A DNA stretch of 53,977 bases, filler included, from Dimargaris cristalligena (Eukaryota), in assembly GCA_003614675.1 (NCBI GenBank). It is 2 parts of 2 records of this genome, joined end to end, with 100 filler letters (N's around TTAATTAATTAA, not from the genome) between each part and the next. Parts side by side here need not be neighbours in the genome. Positions count along the whole stretch, not along the records: positions 1 to 26,940 come from ML002530.1; 1 more part is not named here. One strand, written 5' to 3'. Numbering within the stretch: position 1 is the first letter of the stretch; each line of letters begins with the position of its first letter. The translations under genes were made by a program, and so were the position numbers. Under the pieces are notes generated by a model. The model worked only from the letters and a program-made list of their open reading frames with translations, ran no database searches and was not told where the DNA came from. Shown here piece after piece: positions 9,930-21,952 of this stretch.

Positions 9930-12878
9930 ATGGCCGCTCAACCCTCGCCCCCCTCTTCCAAGAGCCTGGCCGACTGGCAGGACGATGCCCTCTCACGGAT
10001 CCTCAACGTCACCCTCGACCCGAACAATGTCAAACGCCAGTCCCGGCTCTACTTGGCCGACTTGGCCGGTGAAATCGAGGCCAACCAGCTGCCCCTCAAA
10101 CTCACCCAGGACCGGATTGACGAGGCCATCCTGGCCCGCCTGTCGTACCTGGCGAATAAGCCCAAGGACCTCCCCCAGGAACCCACCATCCACCCTGACC
10201 TGCATCTCACCAGCTTCGACTACCTCTTCCAGTGTTGGCGGCGGTGCCGGGATATCGAACATGGCCTCGAAGAGCGCAGCCGGGCCTCTCTTGAACCGAA
10301 AATATTCGAGCAGCGCATGGCCACTCTACGCCGGTGCGACGATTTACTGATTTCCTACGCCGGTATTGCCATTACCATGCCCGATATGTTCGTCGACTGC
10401 GGCTATTCCGAAATCCCCCTTATTGAGTCTTTAGTTAACCGCTTGGTCAAGGAAGAACCCGCCTCCCCCGACGGTATTCCGCTCTCATTCTGGGATGCCA
10501 TTTGTGACCGGTTCGAGGGGGATGGTCTGGAGGACATCGTGGACATCGTGTTGACCGAGCTGGGTCACCAAATGGCCAAGGAGACCATATTCAGCCAATT
10601 CCGTACTTTCTATCGGGTCCTAGGCGAGTTCAGCCAGCATAAACGCCTGGCTCTCGCCATGACCCAGGCCCCCTCCTGGCTGCCGCCCGATACCGACGCC
10701 CCCCATCTACCCAGTCAAACTTTACTGGGGCCCTTCTTTAATCTCTCTGCCTTCCCCCAGGAAGTACCTTCCGTCATCACCACCTACTTTAACAACATCC
10801 GGGAGCGCAGTCGGTCCGATATCGACTCGTGTGTCGGATCCCTGCGGGGCACCAACGACGGGGTCTTCACCACCCTCTTTCAATTCACCAACGCCCTGAT
10901 CCGGACCGGGGCCGAACCTAAATCCCGCGTGCTGGGCTATATTGCCCACGTGGTTAACTTCAACGCCGCCCGGGGCAAAATGCAAGTCGATCGCCGGACC
11001 GTGTCCCCCGACGGGTTTATCCTGAACTGGTCTGCCGTGCTGCTTAGGTTATGCGAACCCTTCCTCGATCGCCAATTTTCCAAGGTTGCCCGAATTGACG
11101 ATCATTACTTCGCCAAATCGGAACTAGTGCACATTCGGGAGCTGACCCGGATCCACGCGAGCGAAGACGACGCCATTGAGTATTTAAGGCAGTCCCCGCC
11201 CACCCCGGGCCCCGCCAACTTCATCTCGGACATGTTCTTCCTGACTTTCGCTATGCAACACATCGGTCTGCTCCATAACCTCTCCGACTACCAATCGCTG
11301 GCCCGGGAACTGGTGGAGTTCCAGCGACACATGAACCGGCTCAAAGAGCAGCGCGAGGCCTGGCTCAATACCCCCGCCGCCACCCTCAACGAGCCGGCCT
11401 ACCAGCGTCACGTTGCCCATTTTGATCGCATGCTGGCCAGTAAAATGGCCCTGGAGACCCAGGTCCTCAACCCGAGCCTACTGGCGGGCAGTGTGCAATT
11501 TTATTCAATGGCCATGGCCTGGCTTCTCCGGCTCATCGACCCCCAGCACCAGTACCCCCACCAACCCCTTCCGGTCGATTTGCCTGCCCAGGCCCCTTCC
11601 ACCCTGGCCACCCTACCCGAATACTACATCGAAGACGCCACCGACTTCTTCGTCTTCCTCATGAAGTTCGATCCCCGGTGTGCCTCCCTGATTTCCCCCG
11701 CCCTGCCTACTTTGATCACCTTTGCTATTGTTTTTTTGGGCCAGTCGGGCTACGTCAAGAACCCCTACCTGCGGGCCAAACTGGTCGAAGTCCTGTACTT
11801 CCTCACCTTAGACCAGGGGGCCTTGGACCCCAACGGGATGCTCCTAACCGACGGCATGGCCATCCGGGGCCTGGCGCCCGCTCTCATGCGCTTCTACGTG
11901 GAAGTCGAACAAACCGGGGCCAGCTCCCAGTTCTACGACAAGTTCAACATCCGCTACAACATTTCCCAGGTGCTCAAGCATATCCGCCAGTCGCCCGACC
12001 ATCGCCAGCGCATCCAGGACATGAGCCAAGATACGGAATTCTTTATTAAATTCGTTAATCTGATCATGAACGACGCCACCTATTTATTGGATGAGTCCCT
12101 GACCACATTGACCGAGATTCGGAATATCCAGAACGAAATGGCCCAGGAGGCCGAATGGCAAGCGCAGCCGGACACCTACCGGTCGGAGCGCGAAGCCCTA
12201 CTCCAGCAGGACGAGCGCAAGGCCCAGTCCTACGTGGCCTTGGGTAATGATACGGTGGAGATGCTGACCTACTTAACCAAAGAAGTTTCGCAGCCGTTTG
12301 TGTCGGCCGAAATCGTGGACCGCCTAGCCGCCATGCTCAACTATAACCTCCAGGGCATGGTGGGTCCCAAATGCACGGAACTTAAGGTCAAGAACCCCGA
12401 GAAATACCAATTCCAGCCCCGTTTGTTATTATCCGATATCATCGCCATCTACCTCCACCTGGCCGATTACCCGGAATTCGTGCAGGCGGTGGCCCGCGAC
12501 GGCCGCAGCTACAACCAGAAATGGTTCCTCAAGGCCATTCATATCCTGGACCGTTACGCCCTCAAATCGGCCACCGAACTGGCCCGCCTCCAGCGGCTGC
12601 TGCACCAGGTGGAAGAAAAGGTCCAGGCGAATGCCAACGCCGAGGAGGACTTGGGCGATATTCCCGACGAATTCTTGGATCCGCTCATGTATACCCTCAT
12701 GACCGACCCCGTGGTGCTGCCCACCTCCAATGTCACGGTGGACCGAAGTACGATTAAGTCGCACTTGTTGAGTGATGGGACGGACCCGTTTAACCGGAAA
12801 CCCCTGACCATTGATATGGTCGTGCCCAATGAGGAACTCAAGGCTAAGATTGAGGCATTTATACAATCTAAGCAGTAG
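9930..12878 (+). CDS. UFD2: U-box ubiquitin conjugation factor E4 (Ufd2/UBE4B), ~982 aa, intronless
   Basis: Ufd2 core motifs (KNPYLRAKLVEVL, VEQTGASSQFYDKFNIRYNI, LMNDATYLLDESL, RLAAMLNYNL, GPKCTELKVKNPEKY) and a C-terminal U-box (IPDEFLDPLMYTLMTDPV...DRSTIKSHLLSDGTDPFNRKPL). First ATG is at 9930; the ORF track starts at a TTG. Confidence 0.95.
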   Translation: MAAQPSPPSSKSLADWQDDALSRILNVTLDPNNVKRQSRLYLADLAGEIEANQLPLKLTQDRIDEAILARLSYLANKPKDLPQEPTIHPDLHLTSFDYLFQCWRRCRDIEHGLEERSRASLEPKIFEQRMATLRRCDDLLISYAGIAITMPDMFVDCGYSEIPLIESLVNRLVKEEPASPDGIPLSFWDAICDRFEGDGLEDIVDIVLTELGHQMAKETIFSQFRTFYRVLGEFSQHKRLALAMTQAPSWLPPDTDAPHLPSQTLLGPFFNLSAFPQEVPSVITTYFNNIRERSRSDIDSCVGSLRGTNDGVFTTLFQFTNALIRTGAEPKSRVLGYIAHVVNFNAARGKMQVDRRTVSPDGFILNWSAVLLRLCEPFLDRQFSKVARIDDHYFAKSELVHIRELTRIHASEDDAIEYLRQSPPTPGPANFISDMFFLTFAMQHIGLLHNLSDYQSLARELVEFQRHMNRLKEQREAWLNTPAATLNEPAYQRHVAHFDRMLASKMALETQVLNPSLLAGSVQFYSMAMAWLLRLIDPQHQYPHQPLPVDLPAQAPSTLATLPEYYIEDATDFFVFLMKFDPRCASLISPALPTLITFAIVFLGQSGYVKNPYLRAKLVEVLYFLTLDQGALDPNGMLLTDGMAIRGLAPALMRFYVEVEQTGASSQFYDKFNIRYNISQVLKHIRQSPDHRQRIQDMSQDTEFFIKFVNLIMNDATYLLDESLTTLTEIRNIQNEMAQEAEWQAQPDTYRSEREALLQQDERKAQSYVALGNDTVEMLTYLTKEVSQPFVSAEIVDRLAAMLNYNLQGMVGPKCTELKVKNPEKYQFQPRLLLSDIIAIYLHLADYPEFVQAVARDGRSYNQKWFLKAIHILDRYALKSATELARLQRLLHQVEEKVQANANAEEDLGDIPDEFLDPLMYTLMTDPVVLPTSNVTVDRSTIKSHLLSDGTDPFNRKPLTIDMVVPNEELKAKIEAFIQSKQ

Positions 12879-13650
12879 TGGGATGGGTCAGGGAAGGGGG
12901 CGGAGAAGGGTGATGGAGGAAAGATAGGTTTGTTTCGCGAATAGTGCCGATTGTGGGCTTGGAGATTTAACTATATTATACATTAGCACTCGATAACCGG
13001 GGCTTCTTTTATTGATATTGCACCCTGAACTGTTGGCACCAAATATAAATGACATACTGTATTGCTACTGTTTGGTGGATATAATATTCGCATGGATAAC
13101 AGTACCCATGCAGATAGGGGGTGGCCCATGCATGTATTACCATGCTTTTTCCAGCAGGATTGGGGTGGGGGGATAGTAAGAGGGTGGAGAGAGATTGTTA
13201 CCACGTGAAATCGATACTGACGGAATGCGGGTGGTCTCGGGCGGGTATATGGGACAGCTATACATCACTTTGTCCTTATCAAGCACCCTTTAAATTGCCG
13301 CCTTCCTAATACCAGTTATTTTTCCGTTACGGTCAGTTAGATATATAATATTGTTAAAGTCTTTAAAAAATGCAAGAAAATTAACTAAATTAGTTTAACG
13401 GATGGACCGAACTGAGAAGAAAATAAATAAATAGGGAAATCTTGGAAGACTATTATCATCCAGTATATTGTTAACATATACTTATCATCGCCAGGCCAAC
13501 GGCCATAGTAAATAGCACCCGATGGGGTAAGCAATATCCATTGCAAGTCGGCCTTAAGCAACTATTTCTTCCTTCTCTCTTTCCCCAAAAAAAACGCTGC
13601 TGTGTAGCCAATGTAGTAGTCCATTGGAATGCCTCGCAGCGTAGTTTCCC

Positions 13651-15558
13651 CTACGTGAGCACACCTGCGATACAAGCAGTCATGAGGGTAGAGATAGTCC
13701 CGCACAGCATAGCACTCATGGCCACCTTGGCGAGGTCACTCTTACGGTTGGGGGAAATGGCGCCAATCCCGCCGATTTGGATACCAATGGACGCGAAATT
13801 AGCAAAACCGCACAGCGCGTAGGTGGTCAGCAACTGCGACCGAACGGTCATGTGTTCCTTGAGTTGGGTGGTGAAGGTATTGTAAGCCACGAACTCACTG
13901 GCGAACATTTTGGTAGCCAACAACTGGCCCACACTTTGCAGGTCCTGGTTGGGCACGCCCATGCACCAAGCTAGGGGGATAAACAGGTAGGAGGTGATGA
14001 GTTCGAGGGTAAGATCCTTGATGTTGACCAGGGACCCGAAGTAAGTCAAGAGGGTGTTGACTAGGGCCAGGAGGGAAATAACGGCCAGTAAAGTGGCGCC
14101 AATCAGTCCGGCCAGGGTCAGACCCTGGGCCGCACCGTTGGCGGCGGCGTGCAAGACGTTGGCCTCCTTGTCTTCTTCCGGGGGTACGTTGACTTCACCG
14201 CTCGTGAGGGATTCTTCCGTTTCGGGGTAGCGCAGTTTAGCAATGACCAGCGAGCAGGGCATCGACATGACACAGGCGGTAATGAGGGCCTGGGGATCCA
14301 CGCCGAGGGAAATAAATCCCGCGAGGACCGACCCGGAAATGGTGGCGAACCCGGATACCATGACCGAGTGCAGTTCCGACAGGGTCATGAATTCAATGAA
14401 TGGTTTGACCAATAAAGCGGACTCGCACTGCCCGACGATAAACGAACTCACCGCCACGACGGATTCGGCCCCGCTCGTGCCCATGAGACGGACCATGGCA
14501 AACGCGAATTTGCGGATAAACCATTGCATCCCGCCCAAGTAATACACGATTTGGATGAATGAGGCGAAAAACAAAACCACGGGCAGTACGTGCATGGCGA
14601 AATTGGCGGTACCCGCGATTTCCTTACCGAACAGGAATTCGGTACCGTACGAAGCAAAGGACAGCAAACCCGAGGCGGTTTGGGCGAGCCAGTGGAACAG
14701 GGCGTAACCCACGCTAGTCTTTAAAGTAAAGAGGGCAATCAAGAACTGGGCAAAGAGGCCCACCAGTACGGTGCGCCAGTTAATGTGCGACCGGTTCTTG
14801 GAAGTAAGCACCAGGGCCCCGATAATGAGGACCATGCCGCCGCACGACTGCGCGCGCTGGAGGCGGGTGCCGTACGCACTCGGGGGCGGCACGAACACAG
14901 CGATCAGATAGCATGCCAAAGGGATGGCCACCCCCAGGATATGGCGGACCCGGGTGGGGATACGCAGAACGGGTTCCTGAATCCCGCGGCGAATGGCCCA
15001 GCCCAACGGTTCGGAAACCCACCGCAACGGCACGTGGTAAAACAGGATTTTACCCGAGATGAACACGTAGAGGAAAGAGATGATCAGATACTCATGGGTG
15101 TTGAGCACCAGGGCGGCGATGTAATAGGCGGTCAACAACAGCCAAATGACCAAGTGAATCCAGCGGCGGTAGCGCCGGTACAGCGAAGGGGAGCGGGGAC
15201 CCTTGTCGTTATCGTCGGTATCTTCATTACTTTCTATTTGGTCTCGGTTCAAAGACGGCAGGGTGGCCTTTTCGCTGCCGGGAAAATCGACCCCGATGGT
15301 GACGGACGGGACGCTGCGGTTGTCTCGTTTCAGGTCCAGCGGGTATTCTTGGTAGGTGTGGGATGGACACTGGGACGCGAGGTCCATTTCACTATCGTCT
15401 AGTTCGTGGATGTAGCTGAGGGGGCGCTCAGTCAAGGCCATGGCCGGAGGGGTCTGACCATTCGCATGGTTGGGCGGGGTGCGGTATACAACGGTAGTTG
15501 GGAAGTGCGTTTCCTGGCTGGGCAACTGGTCCCGGGAAGTATTCGTATGTGAGTCCAT
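13651..15558 (-). CDS. Concentrative nucleoside transporter (CNT/SLC28/NupC family), 635 aa
   Basis: Multi-TM protein with INWRTVLVGLFAQF, FAMHVLPVVLFFASFIQIVYYLG, GTSGAES, SGFATISGSVLAGF, YPETEES, ANVLHAAANGA, TYALCGFANFASIGIQIGG. Confidence 0.93.
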   Translation of the reverse strand: MDSHTNTSRDQLPSQETHFPTTVVYRTPPNHANGQTPPAMALTERPLSYIHELDDSEMDLASQCPSHTYQEYPLDLKRDNRSVPSVTIGVDFPGSEKATLPSLNRDQIESNEDTDDNDKGPRSPSLYRRYRRWIHLVIWLLLTAYYIAALVLNTHEYLIISFLYVFISGKILFYHVPLRWVSEPLGWAIRRGIQEPVLRIPTRVRHILGVAIPLACYLIAVFVPPPSAYGTRLQRAQSCGGMVLIIGALVLTSKNRSHINWRTVLVGLFAQFLIALFTLKTSVGYALFHWLAQTASGLLSFASYGTEFLFGKEIAGTANFAMHVLPVVLFFASFIQIVYYLGGMQWFIRKFAFAMVRLMGTSGAESVVAVSSFIVGQCESALLVKPFIEFMTLSELHSVMVSGFATISGSVLAGFISLGVDPQALITACVMSMPCSLVIAKLRYPETEESLTSGEVNVPPEEDKEANVLHAAANGAAQGLTLAGLIGATLLAVISLLALVNTLLTYFGSLVNIKDLTLELITSYLFIPLAWCMGVPNQDLQSVGQLLATKMFASEFVAYNTFTTQLKEHMTVRSQLLTTYALCGFANFASIGIQIGGIGAISPNRKSDLAKVAMSAMLCGTISTLMTACIAGVLT

Positions 15559-16473
15559 ACTGAAAGACTAGTACTTATATATATATGTGTGTGTGTATCT
15601 ATTGGAAACCCAAAATAGTGAAGGGGGCGAAACCCGGGAGAGGAATAGGAGACACTCTACCTGACCGGGGTAGGGGCTGTAGGGGGTATCGGTATAGGGT
15701 GGTCTATCAGCTCATAAGTCGAGGGTGAATCGGCAGAATAATAATTTGAATGATTAAAAAATACGGGAATGAGGTTGGGTGATTAGGTTAATTATTAGGG
15801 AGATTGAATATATAGTAAAAAGGACATAAGGAGGTAGTAGTAGTGACAGCGGTAAGGTGTCGTCAGGGGTAATGACAATAAGCCTAAGGCCAGTTCTTTG
15901 GACCAAGAGCGGGGCGGAGAAAGAAGAAGAGGGTACACGGAATGGCTAATCGGCACGAAAAAACCAACAGTTCAGCACGGGATGGAAATGATCCTGCAGT
16001 TCGAGGCAGGGTCGCAGAAAGCGGTTCTAGTGCATGGCCAAAGGTGGCAGCGGTATGGGGGAGGAGGGGGGGGGAATGCGGTACTTTAAATGAGCCGATG
16101 AGGAATCCTCTGGTTCCGTGACGAAAGGGTGGAGCAGTAACGGCCAATGGTATTAATGGCGAGATGGATGAGCCGGGATAGAGTTAGTTAGGTCCCCCAA
16201 ACAAAAGGTGTTTGGAGAACGGAACCAGCCGGACAGGCGGGCCGCGGTCCCCCTGATTTATAGTCTCGGCCATTCAAGAGGGGAGGGGTGTCAGGTCGAA
16301 CGAGAGGATCGAGGAGAGGCGCCATGGACAGGGGGAGGGAGAGAAGACCGCCGCCCCTTTTTTTCCTCCTTCCCGCTCTGTCATCCCCACCCCGTTCGCC
16401 ACATATCCTGCATTTCGAACCAATGCGGAGTACTGAATTCAGCCTGCAATTGGTTGACCCCATCTCTCAATCG

Positions 16474-16478
<5 letters not shown>

Positions 16479-16505
<27 letters not shown>
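16479..16505. repeat. (TTA)9 microsatellite
   Basis: Perfect TTA run read directly from the sequence. Confidence 0.9.
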
Positions 16506-19094
16506 GTATATTTATATTTATACATTTTGGTGTATTTTTTTCAATAATAATATACTACACCCCGCCCTTTGGATGCCCGCTGGCACCCATTCCTTTTCGG
16601 AACCTAAAATCACAGTTGATGCTTTATATTGAGACGGCTATTTCGATGCGGGATTTGCTGGTGGGAGTCTGTACCACCTCCTCCACTGACGAGTTAACGA
16701 CACCAAAAATGGTTACAATGTAACCCCGGCGGGTGGACAGTGAAAGGGCGGGGAGGGTAGTTCGTTGGCTCCGCTTTCGCAAAAGGGGACAGTCCCGTTT
16801 TTTTAATTCAATAAAAAAAGGCACATAGGCGATATCGTAGGGGATAACTATTAATGGAGTGCGCCTGCTGCCTTCTCCTCGTCTTTCCCATTTTGAAACC
16901 CCACCGGTCTGGATATAACGAGAGGATGAGATTTAATGACCAAGTAATAGCAAAAAAAGGGAGCCAAGTTCACAGTGGAGAATTGTCCTACATCGGTCCC
17001 ACATTATCGCTATTGACTTCCGCGCCGATAAAGTTGTTTCATTGTTCCATTAGGAAGCGCGTTATAGATCATGCCGGCTCCGCAGACAGTCTACGAGCTC
17101 TCATACTTTACCGTCTACATACGACAGCAGGCGAGGCTCGATGTAATAGGCATTGGTCCGTGTTTTTTAACAAAAAAGAAAATTAAATACATACACGTAG
17201 GAAAAGGAAATGTTTATTTTCGCTTGCGTTGCTATCGTTAAACTACTTTGACCTGCTAGAAAAAGAGATGATAAGAAGGTGGTGGTGAAAGCGGAGGTAG
17301 GATTGGGGAGAACGACATAGTCAGGGGCGCCACTTTTAATTACCATACTAATATCTAGATTAACCCTTCCTCGATCGACCCACCCAGGATATCATACTGC
17401 TATTCTTTCACTCTAAACAATTAATCCTGCGAGTCACCCCCGGGCTTCGTGTTATATCAACTCGATACCCGTTTCTAGGACCGTGTCTGAGAAACTTTCG
17501 GGGAATCTTGGCCATGGACTATTCCCTACAATCCAACTCACCCCTTTCCCCTTCCTACCACACTGTCGTCGTTTCCGCAATCAATTCTATCGCACCTTGA
17601 AGTGGCTGTACCACATGGACGAGGTGCTACAGTGTCGCCCTGGTTTCCCCGCTGACCGTTTTGGCATGCGCCTCTGTATGAGCGACTGCCCCTCTATACC
17701 CTTTGGTTTTTATGGCTACTATTTGGCATGAAAGATTGTGGAGTCGGCCGCTGGACCCTACCACGACCTCTACTGGGACTGCTAATCGATGCCCTGTGAA
17801 TGCAGTTACCAAACGGGCATGCTATCATGGGTATTCAGCGGAAGGTACGCTGTATTTGTGATTCTGGATCAGGCCGCATCACAGCTGATGTAACCCACTA
17901 AGTCGCATATGGCCGAATGCAGGTCCATTATATTAAAAGGAGCAGCCTGTCAATTTGGGTATCACCACGGAAGACGGGCAATGTGGTATGTGAATTGTCC
18001 CCCAGGATGGGGATTTTAACTCGCCTGCCCTCTTCCAGCTTCCGAATGCAACATAGCCCGGAATACCCCCATTCAGGCTGTTAACAGGTTATAACCAACG
18101 GGTATTGCATATTGCCGATATTAGATGGATTCATTTTGGATATTCATATATCCTGTGGGCGAGTTGCTAGGGATTGTGTATTTAGGAATATAGCTGACGT
18201 CCGTATCGGATGATAAGTCATGGCAGGGCTAGGACTTGTACCAACTGCATGCCACTATTTTTTACCTACTTCTATTCCGTCGAAAGAATACATCTGCGAG
18301 GCGTGCTCATGATACTGCGCCTCAGAAAATAGCCATGGGCCAGTAATAAATATCCTCCACCTACGCATGTGTTTAGCATGGGGAGTCCATTCACTTGCTT
18401 CAGCACCACCTTTATTATGCCACCAAGGAATTGAGAATGTATTCAATAAATATGTTATTACTGCTACAATCATTAACGGGCTCTTATATCCAATACAAGC
18501 CGTAGTAATCCCTAGTGCTTTTCCGTTTCTCGGGCTCTATTCAGAAGCCAGCCCCATCAGCCAATCCACTAACAGGCGACGACTGCGGATGATTTTCGGG
18601 TCACGTTGACTTAACTAGGCGAGTCGTAATCACCCTAATCTAGAGTGCCCTCCCCAAGAAATATGACTGGACCAAGTGCTGAGGCAATTTAAAATCAATC
18701 AAATATTATATCCACCGGCTAAGAATACTAGCCACGGATTCGCAGCCCATTTCCTTTCCCAAGGCCTTGGACCTTCTTAGTTCGCTTTTCCTCCTACTGC
18801 CCGCTTCTCCAATTTACATCGAGTTCCGCCCATTCCACCAGTATTAATTCCCTCTCCCGTCGGGCGTCGCAGCAACCTGGGCCATTCGTCTATTCAAACC
18901 CTGCTCACAATTGACCATCGAGTGCTACACCGATCCCGCCCCCACCTCCCAAGCAGTCCTTCAAAAACCCTTCAGTTTCCTCAGATCCAAGCCCCACTAT
19001 TTCAACCCGATTCTAGGTTTCGTCTAACCGGTGGTCCCCCGAGCTAGCTCCCCTTTTTTTATATTATTCATTTACCGGCTCATTCTACTTCCTC

Positions 19095-19850
19095 ATGTCG
19101 GCCCCCAAGGTTTTAATACAGGTGATCCTGACCGGCACCCAGATCGTCGGCCGGGCTTTCGTCGAGGCCTATAAGCAGGCTGCTGCGAGTAAGTAACTAC
19201 CCCAACCCACCCCACCAGGGCCCTCTTATTCTCGAATGAGTCCACCGTAACTGTCCCAATCGTACCCTTTATGTGTGTTAGAAAATCGAGCATGTAGTAC
19301 TGGACTCTTATGTCCTTTTTTCGAAGTCGTTGGCAACCAACTGTACCCCAATTCAATAGCCGGCGGCAATTCAACACTTTAGTAGCAATGGCGCTAGAAT
19401 ATCATGGAATTTTTCACTTATTTGAATGCCCCAATTAGCCGCGCTTGTTCACAGTATTAATTGAGCTATATGAACCCGATATATATTCTAACCACGAATC
19501 CCCCTCCCCCGTTTGTCTACACTCATTTCCCCAATCTAGATTCGGCTAACCGCCACGCTGCCAACGCCGCCAAGTCCTCGGCTGATGCGGCAACCCGTCA
19601 AACGGGCATGGTCCTGGACGAGGCTTACCAAATTCTCAATGTCAATAAGGGTGCCACCAAGGAGGAGATTCTGGAACATTACGATAAACTGTTTAAGATG
19701 AACGATTCCAAAAAAGGCGGCTCGTTTTACCTGCAGTCTAAGATCGTACGGGCTAAAGAGCGACTGGAGCTAGAGATGGCCAAGAAAGAGCCCACGCCCG
19801 AGGCTGGCCCATCATCCCCACCGCCACCACCACCATCATCGTCGTCCTAG
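19095..19850 (+). CDS. PAM16: Mitochondrial import motor J-like subunit Pam16/Tim16; exons 19095-19188 and 19540-19850 (~134 aa)
   Basis: Spliced product MSAPKVLIQVILTGTQIVGRAFVEAYKQAAANS...GMVLDEAYQILNV...YDKLFKMNDSKKGGSFYLQSKIVRAKERLE. GTAAGT donor at 19189, TAG acceptor at 19539, phase 1. Confidence 0.93.
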
Positions 19851-20204
19851 CCGCTCATCTAATGAAGGGCGACCGACCAGTCTTACGGCTAGTTAAAATA
19901 GAGCATCCCGGATTTTTTCTTTATGTTTCTCTTCAGTACTCCCACAAAATCACGTATTCCTGGGCTTCTTACTTTGTTTGTGCTCATTTGTTGCGCGAGA
20001 TGGTTCGTAACCAAAGATATAGTCCAATAAAGACTCGAACTCCTCTAGAATCTGTTAAATCCTACCTTATCATACTGACAGTCTAACGAACAATTCCTGG
20101 AGTGACCCCCCACCCCTTCTCCCTTTGTAGGGTAAATAAGACCATCTGAAATAATCATTTATTATCACTGAGTCCAACTGCGCTCAACCTCGATTGGGAA
20201 ACCC

Positions 20205-21721
20205 TCAATTTTGAAATAGTTGTTGCTTGCGGTTGGCCTGCCACATATAATAGGGCATCCGCCAATTATTGTGTCGCAACCGAGGATCGAATACGTCAAA
20301 GTTGGCTTTCTCTAAGGCCCGTAAATAATGAATCGATGGGAGTGTAGAAAGCAGCGCTGTGGTATATGGTAACTGGGCATTTTCAATGTGGCTCTGGGCC
20401 GTCAGGATATGGTCGTGGGCCCGAGTGGCAATCTCAAAGACGGCATCATCTAGCCCCTCTATCCGCCCACCTCTAAACAGGCTCTCTTGGGATACTTTGT
20501 GCTAATTGGTAGGAAATCGATATAATTAAATAAGAACGGACAATTAATGATGGTGCGAGAATAGTTTAAGGGTGAGGGGATGGGCACCGCAGGTCTAGCC
20601 CTGGATATTTGTGGATATATATAAATTTGAACGAAGGAGGCCCCAGTGATTTCCTACGGGATAGGATACGTGGGCCTAATATTCTAGATATCCAATCGAC
20701 TTACCTTGGCTAAAATATCCTGCGGCAGGTATACGAGTCTTTTCTTTGCATTCGCGGGCGTGGCGCGCAAAAAAGTGGCGATCCCCACCGCTTTACCCAG
20801 GTGACTAGCCAAGTGGTCGGCCTTGACGTCCTTCACACCGAGACACTCTAGTTGTAGATACAGGAGGGCCGAGGCCGTGTTTTCGGCGTATTGCTCCACT
20901 TCGTCCAGCGAATAATAGGTCGCGTGGGCCAGGTTTTTCTCCCGCTCGGCCACGAGCCGATTCAGCCAAATTGGGTTGAGACCAAGCGAGGATATTGCGG
21001 CAGCAAGTAGTACGGCGATCGGATGTTGAGCGGATTGGGTTTTCTAGCAGACATGTACATTCGTAGTAGGGTTTGGCCAGTATTAGATCAAACTTTAACC
21101 AGGGTTGTCCTTATAATAAGTCGACCCGTCCATTTCCCATGGGCTGTATTGGTTACTGGTTGGAGTGAAAAATATTATTCTAATTTTACTAATTCGTCGG
21201 GGCTGGCTTCATAAGCAAATAATCCATATATCATCTTAGATCCATATCATCCGCCTAGCTGTTGCCAGGATCTGGATGTTAGGTTACATGCCCATACTTA
21301 CCTTGGTAATCTGCTCAAGCGCCTGCTTCCAGTAAAGAAATTTCATTTTACCCAATGTCTCGTTAGTCACGGTGTCGCGAATACTGGCCAGCTCCACATT
21401 AAGAGCCCGCAGGGCCCAAACCGCTGGGCGAACCCGCTGGGGAAAGAATAGCGACGCCAGGTACCCCTGGTAGTCACTAGTTCGTACGAGATCTTGGCAA
21501 TGCCGGGTAGCGGTTTCGAGGGAATGCTGGACATCACCGGACCGGTTCAAGGGACCATTGTGATCGGTGGAGGAGTTGGTAGAATTAGGAGCTGAATCGG
21601 AGGTTGTGGCATGGGTGCGGCGTACATGGGGGATTTGTAAAGAATGCCGTCCCTGTCGGGCCCCGATTCGGAAGACCAAAGGAACCATGGGATAAGCCCG
21701 GCGGGCCATTGCAGTGGACAT
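20205..21721 (-). CDS. NDUFAF6: Complex I assembly factor NDUFAF6-like (squalene/phytoene synthase fold); exons 21721-21302, 21043-20705, 20501-20205 (~351 aa)
   Basis: Arg-rich presequence, CQDLVRTSDYQGYLASLFFP, ALRALNVELASIRD, HPIAVLL, EQYAENTASALLY, ADHLASHLGKAVGIATFLRATP, VFEIATRAHDHI, LEKANFDVFDPRL. Two phase-0 GT-AG introns. Confidence 0.9.
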
Positions 21722-21829
21722 GGTGTACAAATTAAAAATTAATGTAAAGTTAGTTAAGAAATGGAAGCTGCTGGGTTTTTGACTGATCTGGGTTGGGGAG
21801 GGGAGGGGCCTTTGTGGGTAGAGCCTCTT

Positions 21830-21939
21830 TGTTAGCATTAAAACAAGTGTAAGGAAAGAAAAGACCAACGTTTATTGATTGACTATTGATTCACTATATA
21901 TGTCCCATATCGGGTTTACTATTGGTTAGTCCTCTAACA
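21830..21939 (-). repeat. 3' LTR (~110 bp) of the gypsy element
   Basis: Starts TGTTAG right after the PPT and ends CTAACA (6-bp terminal inverted repeat, TG...CA). Contains CATATATAG (TATA-like) and AATAAA. The end is inferred from the inverted repeat because the partner LTR is missing. Confidence 0.75.
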
Positions 21940-21952
21940 TCCCTCCTCCTCT
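21940..21952 (-). other. Polypurine tract (AGAGGAGGAGGGA)
   Basis: 13 purines on the minus strand immediately before the TG of the LTR. Confidence 0.85.

Noticed and set aside
16056..16075. G-rich tracts (also ~22026, ~26918, ~27547) as G-quadruplex elements
   Set aside because: Short homopolymer runs are common throughout this sequence; no specific support for function.
17483..17785. GC-richer ORF-like island with an internal stop (possible pseudogene remnant)
   Set aside because: No recognisable domain, start or splice structure.
19095..21721. Two mitochondrial genes (PAM16, NDUFAF6) tail-to-tail as a functional cluster
   Set aside because: Different pathways and convergent orientation; easily chance.
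21722..21868. Hydrophobic N-terminal extension of ORF 21284-21868
   Set aside because: It starts at a non-ATG codon inside the LTR; the plausible start is ATG 21721, which gives a mitochondrial presequence.
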